Source: the human T2T-CHM13v2.0 reference genome, Homo sapiens. From it: a stretch of 64,000 nucleotides of DNA. The translations under genes and the position numbers were made by a program. The notes under the pieces were generated by a model. It was not told where the DNA came from. It made no database searches and saw only the letters and a list, made by a program, of their open reading frames with translations. Positions within the stretch are counted from its first letter, which is position 1, and every line of letters begins with the position of its first letter. The stretch lies in NCBI RefSeq assembly GCF_009914755.1, contig NC_060935.1, one strand, 5' to 3'. Below, piece by piece: positions 25,395-38,959 of this stretch.

Positions 25395-27470
25395 CCTCAA
25401 CAAATTAGGCATTGAAAGATCATACCTCAAAATAATAAGAATCATCTAGGACAAACCAATAACCAACATCATACTGAATGGGCAAAAGCCAAAACCATTT
25501 TCTTGAGAACTGGAACAACATGAGGATGTCCACACTTACCTATCCTATTTAACATAGTACTGGATGTCCTAGCCAAAACAATCAGGTGAGAGAAAGAAAT
25601 AAAGACATCTCTAACTAGGAAAGGAAGATGTCAAATTTCCTCTCTTCATGATGATATTATTCTATACCTAAAAAACCCTAAAGACTGCCAAAAGACTCCT
25701 AGAATTGATAAACGACTTCAGTAAATTTGCAGGATAAAAATCAACATACAGAAATCACTAGCATTTCTATATATCAATAACATTCAAGTTGAAAGCCAAA
25801 TAATATCACAATCCCATTTACAATAGCCACAAAAAATAATGAAGTACCTAGAAATACATCTAACCAAGGAGGTGAATGATCTCTGCAAGGAAAACTACAA
25901 AACACTAGGGAAATGAAGCAGAAATTACACAAATGAATGAAAAAACATCCCATGCTCATGGATTGGAATAATTAATGCAGTTAAAATGGCCATACTGTCC
26001 AAAGAAATCTACAGATTCAATGTTATTCCTATAAATACCAATATCATTTTGCAGAGACTAGAAAAAAAACTCTTCTGAAATTTATATGGAACCAAAGAGA
26101 TCTTAAGTAGGCAAAACAATCCTAAGCAAAAACAACAAATCCAGAGTCAGCACATTACCTGTGTTCAAACTATGCTATAAAGCTACAATAACCAAAATAC
26201 CACGATACTGGTTCAAAAAACAAAAACATGGACCAGTGGAATAGAATACAGAACACAGAAAGAAAGCCACACACCTACAGCCATTTTGTCTTCAACAAGG
26301 TCAACAAAAATGATAAAAAAGGAAAAGATTCCCTGTGCAATAAATGGTGCTGGGATAACTGGCTAGCCATATGTAGAAGAATGAAACTGGATCACTATCA
26401 TTTACTATATACAAAAATTAACTCAAGATGAACTGAAGATTTAAATGTAAGACCTTAAACTATAAAAGTCCTAGAAGAAAAGATAGGAAATACCATTTTG
26501 GACATTGGCTGTGGTAAATAATTTGTGACTAAGCCCCCAAAAGCAATTGCAACAAAAACAAAAATTGACAAGTAGAACCTAATTAACTAAAGAGCTTATA
26601 CACAGCAAAAGAAACTATCCACACAGCAAACAGAAAACCCACAGAATGGGAGGAAATATTTGCAAACTATACACGCAACAAAGGTCTAATATCCAACATG
26701 TATAAGGAAGTTAAACAATTCAACAAAAAACAACCCCATTAAAAAGATATAGTGATATAAACAGACATTTTCTCAAAAGAAGATTTACAAGCAGCCAACG
26801 AGCATATGAAAAAAATGCTCAATACCAATAATCATGAGAAAAATGCAAAAGAAAACCACAGTGAGATATCAACTTACATCACTCCCATGGCTACTATTAA
26901 AAAGTCAAGGAAAAAATAAAAGAGATGCTGACAAGGCTGCAGAGAAAAGGGAATGCTTATACACAGTTAGTGGGAATGTAAATTAGTTCAGCCCCTGTGG
27001 AAAGCAGTTGAGAGATTTCTCAAACAACTTAAAACAGAGCTATCATTCAGACTAGCAATCCCTCTACTGGGTATATACACAAAGGAAAATAAATCATTCT
27101 ACCGAAAAGACCTATGCACTTGTATGTTTATCACAGCACTCTTCACAATAACAAAGACATGGAATCAACCTAGGGGATCATAAACAGTATAGTGGATAAA
27201 GAATGTGGCACATCAACAAGGAACTCCATGCAGCCATAAAAAAAATAATGAAATTATGTCTTTTGCAGTGACATGAATGCAGCTGGAGGCCATCTCCCTA
27301 AGCAAATTAATGTAAAAACAGAAAATTGAACATTGCATGTTCTCATATATAAGTGAGAGTTAATCATTCGATACATATGGACATGAAGATGGGAACAATA
27401 AACACTGGGAACTACTGGAGAGGGTAGGTGGGAAAGGGGCAAGGATTGACGGGGAAAGGGGCAAACTACA
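25395..27470 (+). mobile_element. L1PA15/16-PB-like LINE-1 (ORF2 RT to 3' UTR), degenerate and 3'-truncated
   Basis: ORF2 peptide remnant DQWNRI...[18 protein letters not shown] (26228-26431); 3' UTR 'gggaacaataaacactgggaactact'; many stops and frameshifts. Confidence 0.92.
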
Positions 27471-27640
27471 GTAATGTAGGTTTTTTTTCCTGGTTTCAAA
27501 TCCCAATTTTCAAACTTCATATCAGAACTTAAAAGAAAAAGAATCAATCTCATGATCAAATATAAGACAGATGTGTCTCCCTTAAAAGGCTAGCTCCAAG
27601 CTAAAAATGGCCCCAAAATATTGAGAACAATGTTCCTTCA

Positions 27641-27704
27641 CAGAGTATTTTCCCTTCCACATTTCCAAGGCTCAGAGTATTTTACTTTCCACATTTCCAA
27701 GGCT
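27641..27704. repeat. 32-bp tandem duplication
   Basis: cagagtatttt(ccc/act)ttccacatttccaaggct x2. Confidence 0.95.
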
Positions 27705-27886
27705 CCTCCCGACTCCTTCTCTATCTGGCATCTGTTATGTTCCATCATCCATTGGGCAGAAACAACACTACTATCCGTATACAGGGCATTTGTCTCAAGT
27801 TATTCCATCATGTCCACAAAAGTAGGGCAGGAGATTACTGGGAAGAAAAGCAGTTGATTTTTTTCTGCTTTATTAATGTTTTTACC

Positions 27887-28148
27887 TTTTTTTTTTTTAA
27901 TTTTTAAAGTATACTTTAAGTTCTGAGATACACGTGCAGAACGGGCAGGTTTGTTACATAGGTATACACGTGCCATAGTGGTTTGCTGCACCCATCAACC
28001 CGTCATCTACATTAGGTATTTCTCCTAATGCTATCCCTCCCCTAGCCCCCCAACCCCCAACAGGCCCTGGTATGTGATGTTCTCCTCCCTGTGTCCATGT
28101 GTTCTCATTGTTCAACTCCCACTTATGAGTGAGAACATGTGGTGTTTT
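27887..28148 (-). mobile_element. L1PA (about PA5-8) 3' end
   Basis: poly(T), then 'atactttaagttct...gtttgttacataggtatacacgtgcca...tgctatccctcccctagccccc...cccacttatgagtgagaacatg'. Confidence 0.93.
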
Positions 28149-28149
28149 A

Positions 28150-29370
28150 GTTTTTTCAACAAATGATTCTAGGACAACTAGATATCAACATGCAAAAGAG
28201 TGAATTTAGACTCATCTCACATAATACAAAAAATTAAATCAAAATAGATAAAAGACTTAACTATAAGAACTAAAACTGTAAAACTTTTTGAAGAAAAATA
28301 CAGAAATAAATATTACTGACTTCGAATTTACCAACAAAAGAAAAAATAGATTAATTGGACGTTTTCAAAATCAAGAAACCCATTTTTCTTTTCAATAACA
28401 CTGTTAAGAAGCTAAAAAAAAAATCAGAGAATGGGAGAAAACATTTGCAAATCATACATTTGATATGTATCTATCATCCAGAATATAAAAAGAATCCTTA
28501 TAATTCAACAGTAAAAGATGAATAATTAAAAATGGGCTTAGGATTAAGATATTATTTCAATGTAGATAAACAAATGGTCAATAGTACATAAAAAGATGCT
28601 CAACACTATTCATTATTAGAAAACTACAAATCAAAACCACAATGAAATACTGCTTCCTATAATTCAAAATGACTATAATAAAAATGGAAAATAACATGTG
28701 TTGGTGAAAATGTGGAGAAATTAAAATCCTTATACTTTGCTCATTGGAACGTAACATGGTACAGCCATTTGGAAAAACATTTTGACAATTTCACAAAAAG
28801 TTAAACATAGAGTGACCATATGATTGAACAATTCCACAGTTAGATATATAAAACATATATTTCCACAAAATATGTACACAAATGTCATTTTAACTTTATT
28901 CATGTTAGCCAAAAAGTGGAAACAAACCAAAAGTCCATCAACTGATGAATGGATAAACAAAATGGGTATATTTCTGCAATGAACTGATTTATCCATAAAA
29001 AGGAGTGACGTAGTGACACATGCTAAAACATGGATGTATCTTGAAAACTGTATGCTGACTGAAAGAAGGCAAGCACAAAAAGGCACACGTTGTATGATTC
29101 CAATTATATGAAATGTCCATTATAGGCAAATTCATAAAGACAAAAAGTAGATTAGTAATTTCCAGAACTTGCGGGGAGGGGATAATGGGAAATGACTGCC
29201 AGTAGTTACGTGGTTTGTTTGTTTGTTTGTTTGTTTGTTTTAGATGATGAAAAAATCCTGGAATCTGATAGTGGTGAGGGTTGTATAACCGTGAATGTAC
29301 TAATAATCTTTATGTATTTTAAGAGGATGAATGTTTTCACGCTTGAAGTATATCTCAACAAAAAACAACA
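28150..29370 (+). mobile_element. L1MB-type LINE-1 3' portion
   Basis: 'ttcaacaaatg...acaactagatatc', 'gtccatcaactgatgaatggataaacaaaatg', 'tgtatgattcca...gaaatgtcca...ataggcaaattcata', A-rich end. Confidence 0.88.
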
Positions 29371-30629
29371 ATGAGAATGGTGAAAACAGACATCTTTACT
29401 CTGGGCTCCTCTATCTTTAAACAGACTTGTCAACTCCATGCATTTCTCCAGGCCCCGCAACTTTCTATGGAGCACCCACAGCGATTGCAGAATGGCCAGT
29501 GCCCTGCTACTGCTCTTGGTGGCCCTAATTAGATCAACCCACCTAGACTCCAGGTTTCTCCCAGGAACTTATAGGAAAAAGGTACCATGAAGGCTTTAAT
29601 TCACATAAGAAGTCACATAAGCAACAGTGATTCCAAGAGAACAATGGCCAGAAGCATATTGTTGTATTTGAAAGGTGCCGGATGATTACTGGGCATTTGC
29701 ACGTTGAAGCACCATCATAGCTACTAGGCACTCTTTCTCCCATCCTGGAGTTCAAGATCAAGAAGATATTGGGAAAGAAGGCCTTCCCAGGAAACCAACA
29801 ATGAACTGGTGGGAGATGTGGAGAACTGGCACAAGCCAGTGTGGGACAATCAGCCCTCAGTAGTCCCAAGAGATATCAAGGGAACTGCTTGAGAGGAGAA
29901 CTTTTTGATATAACTAGCACAAGAATCCACCAGCCATAACTGAAGCTGGTTTAAGAGTCAGAACAAAGTCCTAAAATTCCCCAGACAGGCATTAACCCTT
30001 TAGTCACTGGATTCCAGGAAGTTGGAAAAATAATTAGGTATACAACCAGAGAGGCTGGGACAGAAGGTGAAAGATAAATGAAGTCTTGCTTCAAGCAATG
30101 GGTTTTTTAAACTAGTCTAGATGTAGTAAAATATTTTAACAATCAGGATGATCATACCTTTACCAACAGAATAATCTTACCTTTTCATATGCACTGAATT
30201 ATCAGTGCTAATTAAAATACAACCCGATATTGAATTCACCTCATTATGTCATAAGGTAATTTAAAGAATGAATCAAGAACATGTCTTAGGTTCTAGTTTG
30301 AGCAAGTAGTTGCTACTAACTAAGATAACGTTAACTAAAGAGAAACAAGATGAGAAGGGGTAATGAAGAGCTTTCTGTGGGGCATGTGAAATTCAGCAGC
30401 TAATAATCATAAAAGCACATGTTACAAATGAGAATGATTATAAATCCTGAACTCCTTGGGAAAATTTGGATCTAGAAATATTGATTTTGGATGGCATTTG
30501 AAAATCCAGGACTCCATGAAATCATATAGGGAGAGTTGGTAGTTAGAGAAAAGGGGTCTAGGACCAAGCCCTAGAACACTCTAATATTCAAAAAAGAGGA
30601 GAAGGATCCTGCAGAATTTGAAGAAGCAC

Positions 30630-31078
30630 AGCCCATGAGACCTCCCTCACTTCTAATATCACTTGAATGTTTAGGAGTTTCCCCAAACCACCATTATACT
30701 TGATAATTCTCTAGAACTACTCATAGAATTCACTGAAAGTTACCTCACATCAATATGTGACAATAAGTATGAAGTTTTACCAACCACAGAAACTCACCTG
30801 AGCCTCGGTATCCAAAATTTTTACTGAGGGGATCCATGGTTGACTATAAATATGGGTGAACTTCAGTCTCCAGCCTTTCTAGAGACAGAGAAGATACTTC
30901 TGGGTCTCAAAGCCTCCATTATAAATAACACTTTTAAACTATCCAGTGGCCAAGGCCACCTGGTAAATAAAGACATTTTTATCAAGGCAGGATATTCCAA
31001 GGGCCTACAGACCACCTTAAGGTAATGTAGGGCAAAGGCCAGGTATGTCTCTGTATAAAGTTAAGTCTTTACTACATA
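30630..31078 (-). mobile_element. MER77/MER21-family ERVL LTR (internally deleted)
   Basis: 'ggtaaataaagacatttttatcaaggcaggatattccaagggc...agggcaaaggccag...gttaagtctttactaca'. Confidence 0.7.
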
Positions 31079-31857
31079 GAGCAAATAACCAGTTTGAGGT
31101 GGTAAAGGAAGAAAGGAAAAAGAAAACGTTACAACAGCAGGGGATTCCAATAACTAAGACAGAATATTTCAAGAAAGAGTGAGTATTCAGTTGTTTCAAA
31201 TTCTAAGTTTTAATAAAGATAAAAAACAGGGATGTGGCCAGTGGCTAATAAAGCAACACTATGACTATGGCAACCTTGAAAAAGATGTTTTAGTGGAGTG
31301 GTAAGACTTGGCAATGTGGACAAAAATGAAGATAATGAGTATAGAATGTAGAGTTTTCTCTAAGGGAGACGAGACATTGAGTAGGAGCTGAAAGGTGAAA
31401 TGAGGTTATGGGAGAAATACTTTAAAGAAAAATAATTCCTGAATGTGTCTATACATGACCATAAAATATCAAGTAGATCAGGATTTGTTGAAATGCAGAA
31501 GAAAAGAATGCATGTTAAGGGTGAGTCCAGGAGATAGAAAAAAATGAAGCCAAGAACTGAAGGAAGAGGGACTGCACTATGATAGGGCAGGAACGCTTCA
31601 TTCCTCTTAACAGAAGTGCAGGCTTTGGTGAAGAGAAGATGAGGTAGCGTTTTTGTTGTTGTTGTTGTTGTTTTGTTTGTTTCCATTAACTTCCATTTTA
31701 TCAATGAAGTGTAAGATTAGGTTTTCAGGCCAGAATGAATTGGGATACCATGCTACTGGTTTGACGAAATAAAACTAGGTATAAAACAGTTGTTTCCAAA
31801 AGGGAAGAGAGTAAACACACTAAAGAAATAGTAGAATTGTTAGGAAGTATTGAGTTC

Positions 31858-32080
31858 CCAATAATAATGTATTGTGTATTTCAAAGTAACCAAGAGAATA
31901 AAATTCAAATATCTTGCCACAAAAAAAAATGACCAGAAAGGTAAGATATGTTAATTAGCTTGATTTGTTTATTCTATACTGCATGTATAGATATCAAGAT
32001 AAAACATCACATTGTATGCAATAAATGTATATAATTATGATTCATCAATTAAAATAACAAAAAAAGTATTTTAAAAAATA
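31858..32080 (+). mobile_element. L1MA 3' end
   Basis: 'aataatgtattgtgtatttcaaa...gatatgttaattagcttgatt...aaaacatcacattgta...ataaatgtatataattatgatt', A tail. Confidence 0.85.
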
Positions 32081-33309
32081 ACTCAAGTGGATACCATAAG
32101 CAAGTTTGTGAGATAATATACCTACAGCCATTCCCTGTGACTCCGATGGATGTAGAAAAAAGAAAGGGATTTGGAGGTATTGACAAGCAAATGGTTGTGA
32201 TGGTGGACCACTGGGAATATGTACTGTGTAGATAGGGATGGAAGAGAAGGGAGCTGGGGACACATCTGTATTTGGTTAAGAGTGGACTGGAGGCCACAAT
32301 GAGACAGTTGTTTTAGTCACTGCTACTTGATGTCTCTGTTAAAAACAGATACTACACTTTCTATAGATGCTTGTACATTGATAAAATGATTTGGTTTACC
32401 TAGATGTCAGTACAATACATCATGTTTTCTCATACCTGGTCTCTCAGTTTGTGTCTTTTTTGCTTGACACATACATGCTCAGCCAATATTCCCAAAGCCC
32501 AGCCATTTTGCTAAATAGTTGGGGGTCAAGGTGGCTTCCAATTTATGCTACACTTGAACAAAACTAACTCTCCTATAAAATACGTCCTACTCTGGAAAGG
32601 TTCTGTGTGTACCCTTAATTTTCTTTCCTAGCCCTTCCAAGACTATCCCAATTTCCTCAACACTTATTTGACCTTTAAAATAAAAGTTTCAGGTGATTGA
32701 TCCAATATGGTTGTTTCACTTTTAATATCCCCTTTCTTCATGTGCCTAGTGAAATGCCTCTCTTTGGTTGGCGGTTCCTATATGCATGTTCCTGAAGGAG
32801 TAAATCCACTGATGTGAGATAATACTAGAATGACTAAGAAAACAAGGAGAGCTTTTGGGAATTGAAAGAGGTTCCGACTTGGTAATTTCCCACTGTAGAG
32901 GTCAGCAAGCATAGCAGTTACCATTGGTACATGGCCTGAGATTAAGTGCATAGTATATAAAGGAAAGTGAGATAGGCTGACAGCACTCAGGAACGGACCC
33001 CAGGTACTTTGAGCTAGGGAAAAGCATGAAGACAAATGGGCCATCTATGTCTTCTTGAAGATTATCAGAACCACGTTCTACCAGAATTACTAATGTTCTT
33101 GCTAGGTCAAATAGCAAATCACTCTTAGAATAATGACTAAAACTTATTTCGTAATTGGTAGAGTCTCTTTAAGATTGTTCTGCTAGATTTTCTTTGGTAG
33201 AAAGAAAAGTCATTTTAATATAAATATAGATCAAACTTGGCAAATTAAAGATCAGACTCTGTAAACACAGAACATAAGGAAAAATATGCTACTACTTTAT
33301 TCATTGTAA

Positions 33310-33626
33310 ATTTTTATTCATTTGTTCATTCATTCATTCATTAGAGATAGAGTCTCACTCTGTCTCCCAGACTGGAGTGCAGTTGCAGGATCATGGCTCA
33401 ATGTAATCTCCAACTCCAGGGCTCAAGCAATCCTCCCACCTCAATCTCCCGAAGTAGCTGGGACTACAGGCATGAGCCACAGCACCAGGCTAATTTTCGT
33501 ATTTTTTGTACAGATGCGATCTCACTACATTGTCCAGGCTGGTCTCCAAGTCCTGGCCTCAAGCAAACCTCTTGCTTTGGCCTCCCAAAGTGCTGGGATT
33601 TCAGGCATGAGCCACCACACCTGGCC
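33310..33626 (-). mobile_element. AluJ
   Basis: J diagnostics 'gatcatggctca', 'gctcaagcaatcctcccacctca'; tail converted to (TTCA)n. Confidence 0.93.
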
Positions 33627-35570
33627 TATTTTTAATTTTGTAAATCACAAAAATCAATTGGTGACTAGGAAGTCAATTAATGGTTTAGAAAACTACAGCC
33701 TGGTGGAAACAGCAACAATTAATGTTTATTTGTAAGATCGTATTTTATAGGCTAAATTACAGTTGAATTCCAACTAGATATATATCCTCTCTCACATTTG
33801 AAAGTAATTGGCAGCACTGTACAAAGTCCTAACAATGAATTCAAAGGAGAAAGTTATTTTTCGTAACATGTACATAACATGTAAAAGAGCAAAATATCAT
33901 TGGCTTTTCTACTGATGTGCTTCTTCTGCATATGGAAAATTAAATTATTTTGTATGGTATATCTGACTCTATATATGTGTGTATAGAATCAGATATTAAA
34001 AATATACTTTCCAGGTAATATAATATACACAATTTATTGTGATGCTGTTTAAATAACCAAATGCTCTCTTGTTAAGAGATGTCTAAAAGACTGGAAATAA
34101 TTGAGCTGACTTTTCTAAACCAGAATAGCTAAGCTAGAATTGATTATATTCATGCTCTGAAAATTCTGATTTGCTAGAATCCATTTACTGTAACAAATTG
34201 AAGAAACCTAGTTTTTAGGTCATATATTGTTCATGACAAAATTGCATAGGAAATTTATAGATTTGTTCTGTCTAATACATTATGGACACATAATGTACCT
34301 TTTTGTGGACAGAAATGTCAATCATGGTACTTACGATAATAGAGTTAGTTGTATTTTTGTAGTTGTATATATTCTGACAGCATTAAAATATCCTGAAAAT
34401 AAATTCAGTAGCTTCAGCATTAGGCTAGATATACCCTTCAGCTGTCATAGGGACTCAGAGAGAGAGGGAAAAAGGCAAAATATATTAATGTTTTCACTCT
34501 TTCTTCACAGTAAAAACTGTCAATATTATTTTTACTTTATGTACAGAGTTTTGAAACATTAAATGTAAAAGTAAGTTAAATTTAATAGATTGTATGAAAA
34601 TATTTTTACGTCATCCCTAGGACAAGTAAACAAAGGCTGCAGATTGATGTAAAAATAATTCCCTTGTTCTGACTAATACACTCACGCACGCATGCATTTC
34701 CTTCCAGTCACCACAGCTAGCTGACCTTAGGAAACTCAAGTAATGACAAACTAAAATTAGTAACCACATGTCCTTTGCCTAAAGCAAGCCACAGCTGAAG
34801 GATGAAAAACTAGAGACAGAGAGAAACTCACTGTAACTTGAAATTGTGTCTAGTACCTCAGTTGTATATTCATTCTAAGCATTAGGTTTTGCTAATGTAT
34901 AATCTTATCAACAGAATCATAAGGCTGAAATAAATATTGAGAGATCAAAAAAGTCTATATCCATTTCTACAGGTGGGACAGTTTAGAAATATTATAGACA
35001 GTTATAATGATAGGAAACTGCTGAATATTGCCTGAGCTCCTTGAATGCAAATTTTCTTCTGTGCAAAGCTATAAGTGACTCAGTAATCACTACAGAAAAC
35101 TTCAAAAGCTCATGAAAAATATGAACCATGTGAGAAATGGTTGTATTCCTGATAAATATTTTAGGCTTTGTCCCTGTATAGCCAGCTAAATGGGAAGCTC
35201 CAAAGTGGATTTTCTCTGACTCAAACCAGAAAACAGAATCCAGTAGAACTCAACTAAAAGCCAAGTTTCAGGTCTATTACTGTTTCATTGGTTTATTTTG
35301 TCAGCATCCACTTTTCTTTAGTTTATCTTTTACACAAAGCAATTTTAAAATTTATCTTTTTAACAGGAAAAGATGGTGGCCACATACCACTTAATTTGTT
35401 GTTTCATTTTGTTTTGTCCTTGCCTTATATTTTGTCATTTAAAAAATAATTCACCTGTTTTGCTTTCATACCAGTTTCTAATGATACCATTAATAATAAT
35501 AGGAGTATTAATAGAGATGATATTTATCACCTTCACTTTGTGTGTCATGCTCTCTGCTAAAGTGTTTATA

Positions 35571-35707
35571 CCATTGGGTTCAAACTTTGAACCTGAAAAT
35601 CACCTGGGGAGCTTTGAAAAATCCCAAAGCCTGAGTTACACTTCATACCAATGAAACAGAATGCACAGGGGTTGGAAGCCAGACATCAGTATTTCTTGGA
35701 AACTACT
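35571..35707. mobile_element. MER5A-type hAT-Charlie element
   Basis: 'ttcaaacttt...aatcacctggggagctttgaaaaatcccaaagcct...ccagacatcagtattt'. Confidence 0.75.
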
Positions 35708-35749
35708 TTTTTATCCCACAGAAACCTTTGAAATAGTGTAATTATGGTG

Positions 35750-35960
35750 GCTGTCTGTGGTAGTTAAGCATACCTTGTCTGGTAAACTGGCATTGGTTCC
35801 AAACTCCATTGTTTATGAGGTCTGTCACGTTCGATACTACTTTATTTCACTGTACCTCTTTTTTTCATTTGTAAAATGAGAAAAATAATTAGTCGCTACC
35901 TTACCGTGTTGGTAGGAGGTTTACTTAATGCAGATAAACTTCTAAGATGACCATAGTTAT
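35750..35960 (+). mobile_element. MIR SINE
   Basis: 'tagttaagc...ctgtacctctt...catttgtaaaatgag...ctacctta'. Confidence 0.65.
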
Positions 35961-36669
35961 TACTCTACACCCATTCAGTAAGTGAAAACAATAAATCACA
36001 GAAAGTTGAGCAACTTGCTAAAATGTGCACAAATAAATGTTCCACAAAGCCTGAATGAATGCAGTCCAACCATGTATAGTTTAGATAGCAATTATTTCTT
36101 CCAAATGTACAGTTCCCACTTCCTTGATCTGTTTAAAATAGTGTAATCCAAGAGGTTAGCTGAAGAGTTTGGTTAAAACACCCAAGGGCATGTAGTTGTA
36201 TAGATCTAGCTTCGGTGCCTTCTACCAGCTGCCTGTGGAGTTACCTACTTGCTTCTTGCTTCTTGTAAAAACAACTCAACCACATAGATTTAAATTACAA
36301 GCATTCAGGAAATATAATTCATTTTGTTAACTAGACTTTAATCCTGCTTATCCTCTGTGAAGAATGGATGCTAATTATAAAGTCTGTGGCATTCTTATCT
36401 TATATTCACTGTGGCATATCAGTGTCTTTAGTTTTCAAATAGATAAGGAAAATTAGCTTCCTTGAATATAAGACTGCAAGGAAGGTGTCGTCTATTTCTA
36501 AGAGTGCAGAATCACTGGAATAGATTTTTTAAAATTCTAATTGCTGGTCTTTACACTTTTTTTTTCATCTTTCAGGGACAGTGGCAGAAATTTCTCTGAT
36601 AAAAGTCTAAGTCCTTTGACCTCGTAAAAATTTGCAATATAATAGAAAGGTAGACAAATAAATGGAAGT

Positions 36670-36930
36670 AGGAGGCTTTAAAGTAAAACCGATCCGACAT
36701 GGGATTTAATCCCATGTTTAATCCCATTTTCAGAATTTCCTAGCCATGTGACCTTGTACAAGATTCTTAATTTCTCAAAGAAGGTTTCATTTGGTATACA
36801 ATGGAGATAATAAAATCTAACGCAGATATTTGTTTGTCTTAGGGATTTAATAATATGGTATATATAGTATTTTACTTAGCCCAGCACTAGAACATAATAA
36901 GACATCAAGAATTGGTTGCCTTATTTATTA
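36670..36930 (+). mobile_element. MIR SINE
   Basis: 'ctagccatgtgaccttgtacaagattcttaa...aatggagataataaaatcta...acttagcccagcact'. Confidence 0.75.
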
Positions 36931-37738
36931 TGCCATAATTTAGCATGACAAATAGGTAAATAGAGTAAATACTCAGGGTGCTAAGGAAGAACATGGGTGG
37001 AACCCTTAAAACAGATGGGGATTGAGGAAGGACAGCTTCATGAAGACATGGCGGTCATGGATTCAGAGAGTCTGATTTAAAAGAATTATATGTTGTATAT
37101 TTAAAGCCAGCTTGCTGAAATATGACTTTAATTATGAATACATGTACGATTTCAACTTCTGTTTATTTTCCTGGTATTGAACAGTTGTTGTCAAATCATC
37201 TATAAAACGCTTGACCCACTGTGACCTCATATCTCCCTTTATAACCACAGGGAATGAAGAAACAAATAAAATGAACACTATTATGAAACAAATATATATG
37301 ATACGTATAAATCATACTTAAAGTTATTTGAGAAATTCCTCCTACGAGTTACACTTGGAGTCATTTAGTGCATCATATTTGACTTTTCCGAAGTTAAGTT
37401 TCATATATATGAAAATTCTCCCAGTACAGACTCTCTAAATCAAAGTTATTTCACTTTACACCTAGAACGATAAACAAAATAACAGACCTTGCTTAAACTC
37501 TTTGAGGGCAGTTAAAGTGATGTACTTTAAAGAAAACTTCTCAGTAAAGTTTTACATTTCCTGTATAAAGGTCATAGCCCTTTATTGTTTTACCCATGAA
37601 GCCCATTACAATTTCATTTTTGTACTTATTTATTTATAGTTAAATTGTCAACTGTCATTCTGTAATTATCATTTCTCAAGTCACTTTTCTTGCATTCCCA
37701 CAGGGTTTTAGTACTGTGAGCTCTTGAAAATAATATCT

Positions 37739-37960
37739 TAATACATGTATACAATGTATAATCAAATTAGTATAATTAGCATATTCATCATCACAAACAT
37801 TTATTATTTCTTTGTGGTGAGAACATTCAAAATACTCTTCTAGCTATTTTGTGGTATACTATATATTATGGATACCTTTGGTCATTGCAATTTATACATA
37901 TGTAAAATTATTATGTGTCAATCAGAAATAAACAAACAAAACAAAACAAAAAAAAGAAAA
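37739..37960. mobile_element. short L1MA 3' end with a 5' inversion
   Basis: 37739-37888 is antisense L1MA 3' UTR; 37893-37960 is the sense terminus 'aattattatgtgtcaat' plus A tail. Confidence 0.8.
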
Positions 37961-38734
37961 CCTCTCAATCTATAGCCCTTTCGAATTTTCATAACACACT
38001 TGTTCATCAAACTGGTTTTACAATCGAAATATTACTGTCAACATTAGCTCAATTTGAGACTTCCAGTAGTATTTAAATATAACCGTAATATTTAAATATA
38101 AGTTTAACTACTTCTAGTAGTATTTAAATTAAATATAATGTGGAGATAAAAATGTCATTTAAAAAACTCATTCAGTGAGAAGTGTCTATAGAAACGGCTC
38201 TAAAATTATAAACTACCATGTCTATATTTTACAACTATTTTCTGACTTTTTTTTCAATTTATTTGGAAGGTAGAAAATGCTGGATTATTTAAGAAGTCTG
38301 AGTCATTATTCTTCTGCATCATATAAACATTCATATTAAGTAACACCAAGGAATTAATGAATGCCTTCCCCTCTACAAAGAGAATGGAAGTCCACTTTCG
38401 GGGATAGCTATCATCATAAGTAATCCCATTTCAGATGTCAACTCAATTAACAGCTTCATATTCTATCATTTTCTGTCGTCTCTTAGAGAGTAAGAAATTA
38501 TGTCGTTATAAAATCAAAATTTGACTTCACAAGAGGAAAGCTTTTTTTTTTTTCTGTGAGGGTACAGAAGCCGTTAATTTCTAGGATTAGTGAAATCTAT
38601 ACAAGGCTTTTTTCAGCAAAATTAGAACCAGGAACAGGACAGAGCTGCAATGGGAAACCTGGAAGATACTGCTGTCATCTTTTGGCACTCAAAACACTAT
38701 AAACAAAGAAAGAGAATTAAAGGCAATTTCCAAG

Positions 38735-38835
38735 AGGGCAGGCTGCTGTCTCTCTAGTTTATTATTCTATTCCTGGAACACAAAACAGTGTCTAGCACAT
38801 AGTAAGTGCACAACAAATATTTGCTAGGACAAGAT
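38735..38835 (+). mobile_element. L2 3' end
   Basis: 'aacagtgtctagcacatagtaagtgcacaacaaatatttgct'. Confidence 0.75.
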
Positions 38836-38959
38836 AAATAATTCTACTTAATGCAAAATGAGAACTATACTCTAATTTTACAAATAATGTCAGTTGTGAT
38901 TTTTGATGGAATAAACACTAAATGTATACTTAGGAGTTTGACACTCTTTTTAATGACGC

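Larger units (their letters stand above)
30270..32250 (-). mobile_element. long L2 relic interrupted by a MER77-like LTR and an L1MA 3' end
   Basis: purine-rich antisense L2 blocks ('ggaccaagccctagaacactctaatatt', 'gttttagtggagtggt') on both sides of the inserts. Confidence 0.55.
35490..36040 (-). mobile_element. MIR (-) hosting MER5A and a second MIR (+)
   Basis: MIR(-) pieces at about 35490-35570, 35708-35745 and 35965-36040 surround the two inserts. Confidence 0.5.

Noticed and set aside
26228-26431. ORF with clear L1 ORF2p similarity (also 61401-61646)
   Set aside because: Fragments of dead LINE-1 copies, surrounded by stops and frameshifts; not functional CDS.
27641-27704. 32-bp direct repeats as a CRISPR-like array
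   Set aside because: Only two adjacent copies, no spacer, eukaryotic context; this is a simple tandem duplication.
29400-30060. Unique-looking, moderately GC-rich segment (also 11400-11830) as an exon or pseudogene
   Set aside because: No recognisable coding similarity or splice framework. It may be an unrecognised ancient LTR, which I cannot support without a Dfam search.
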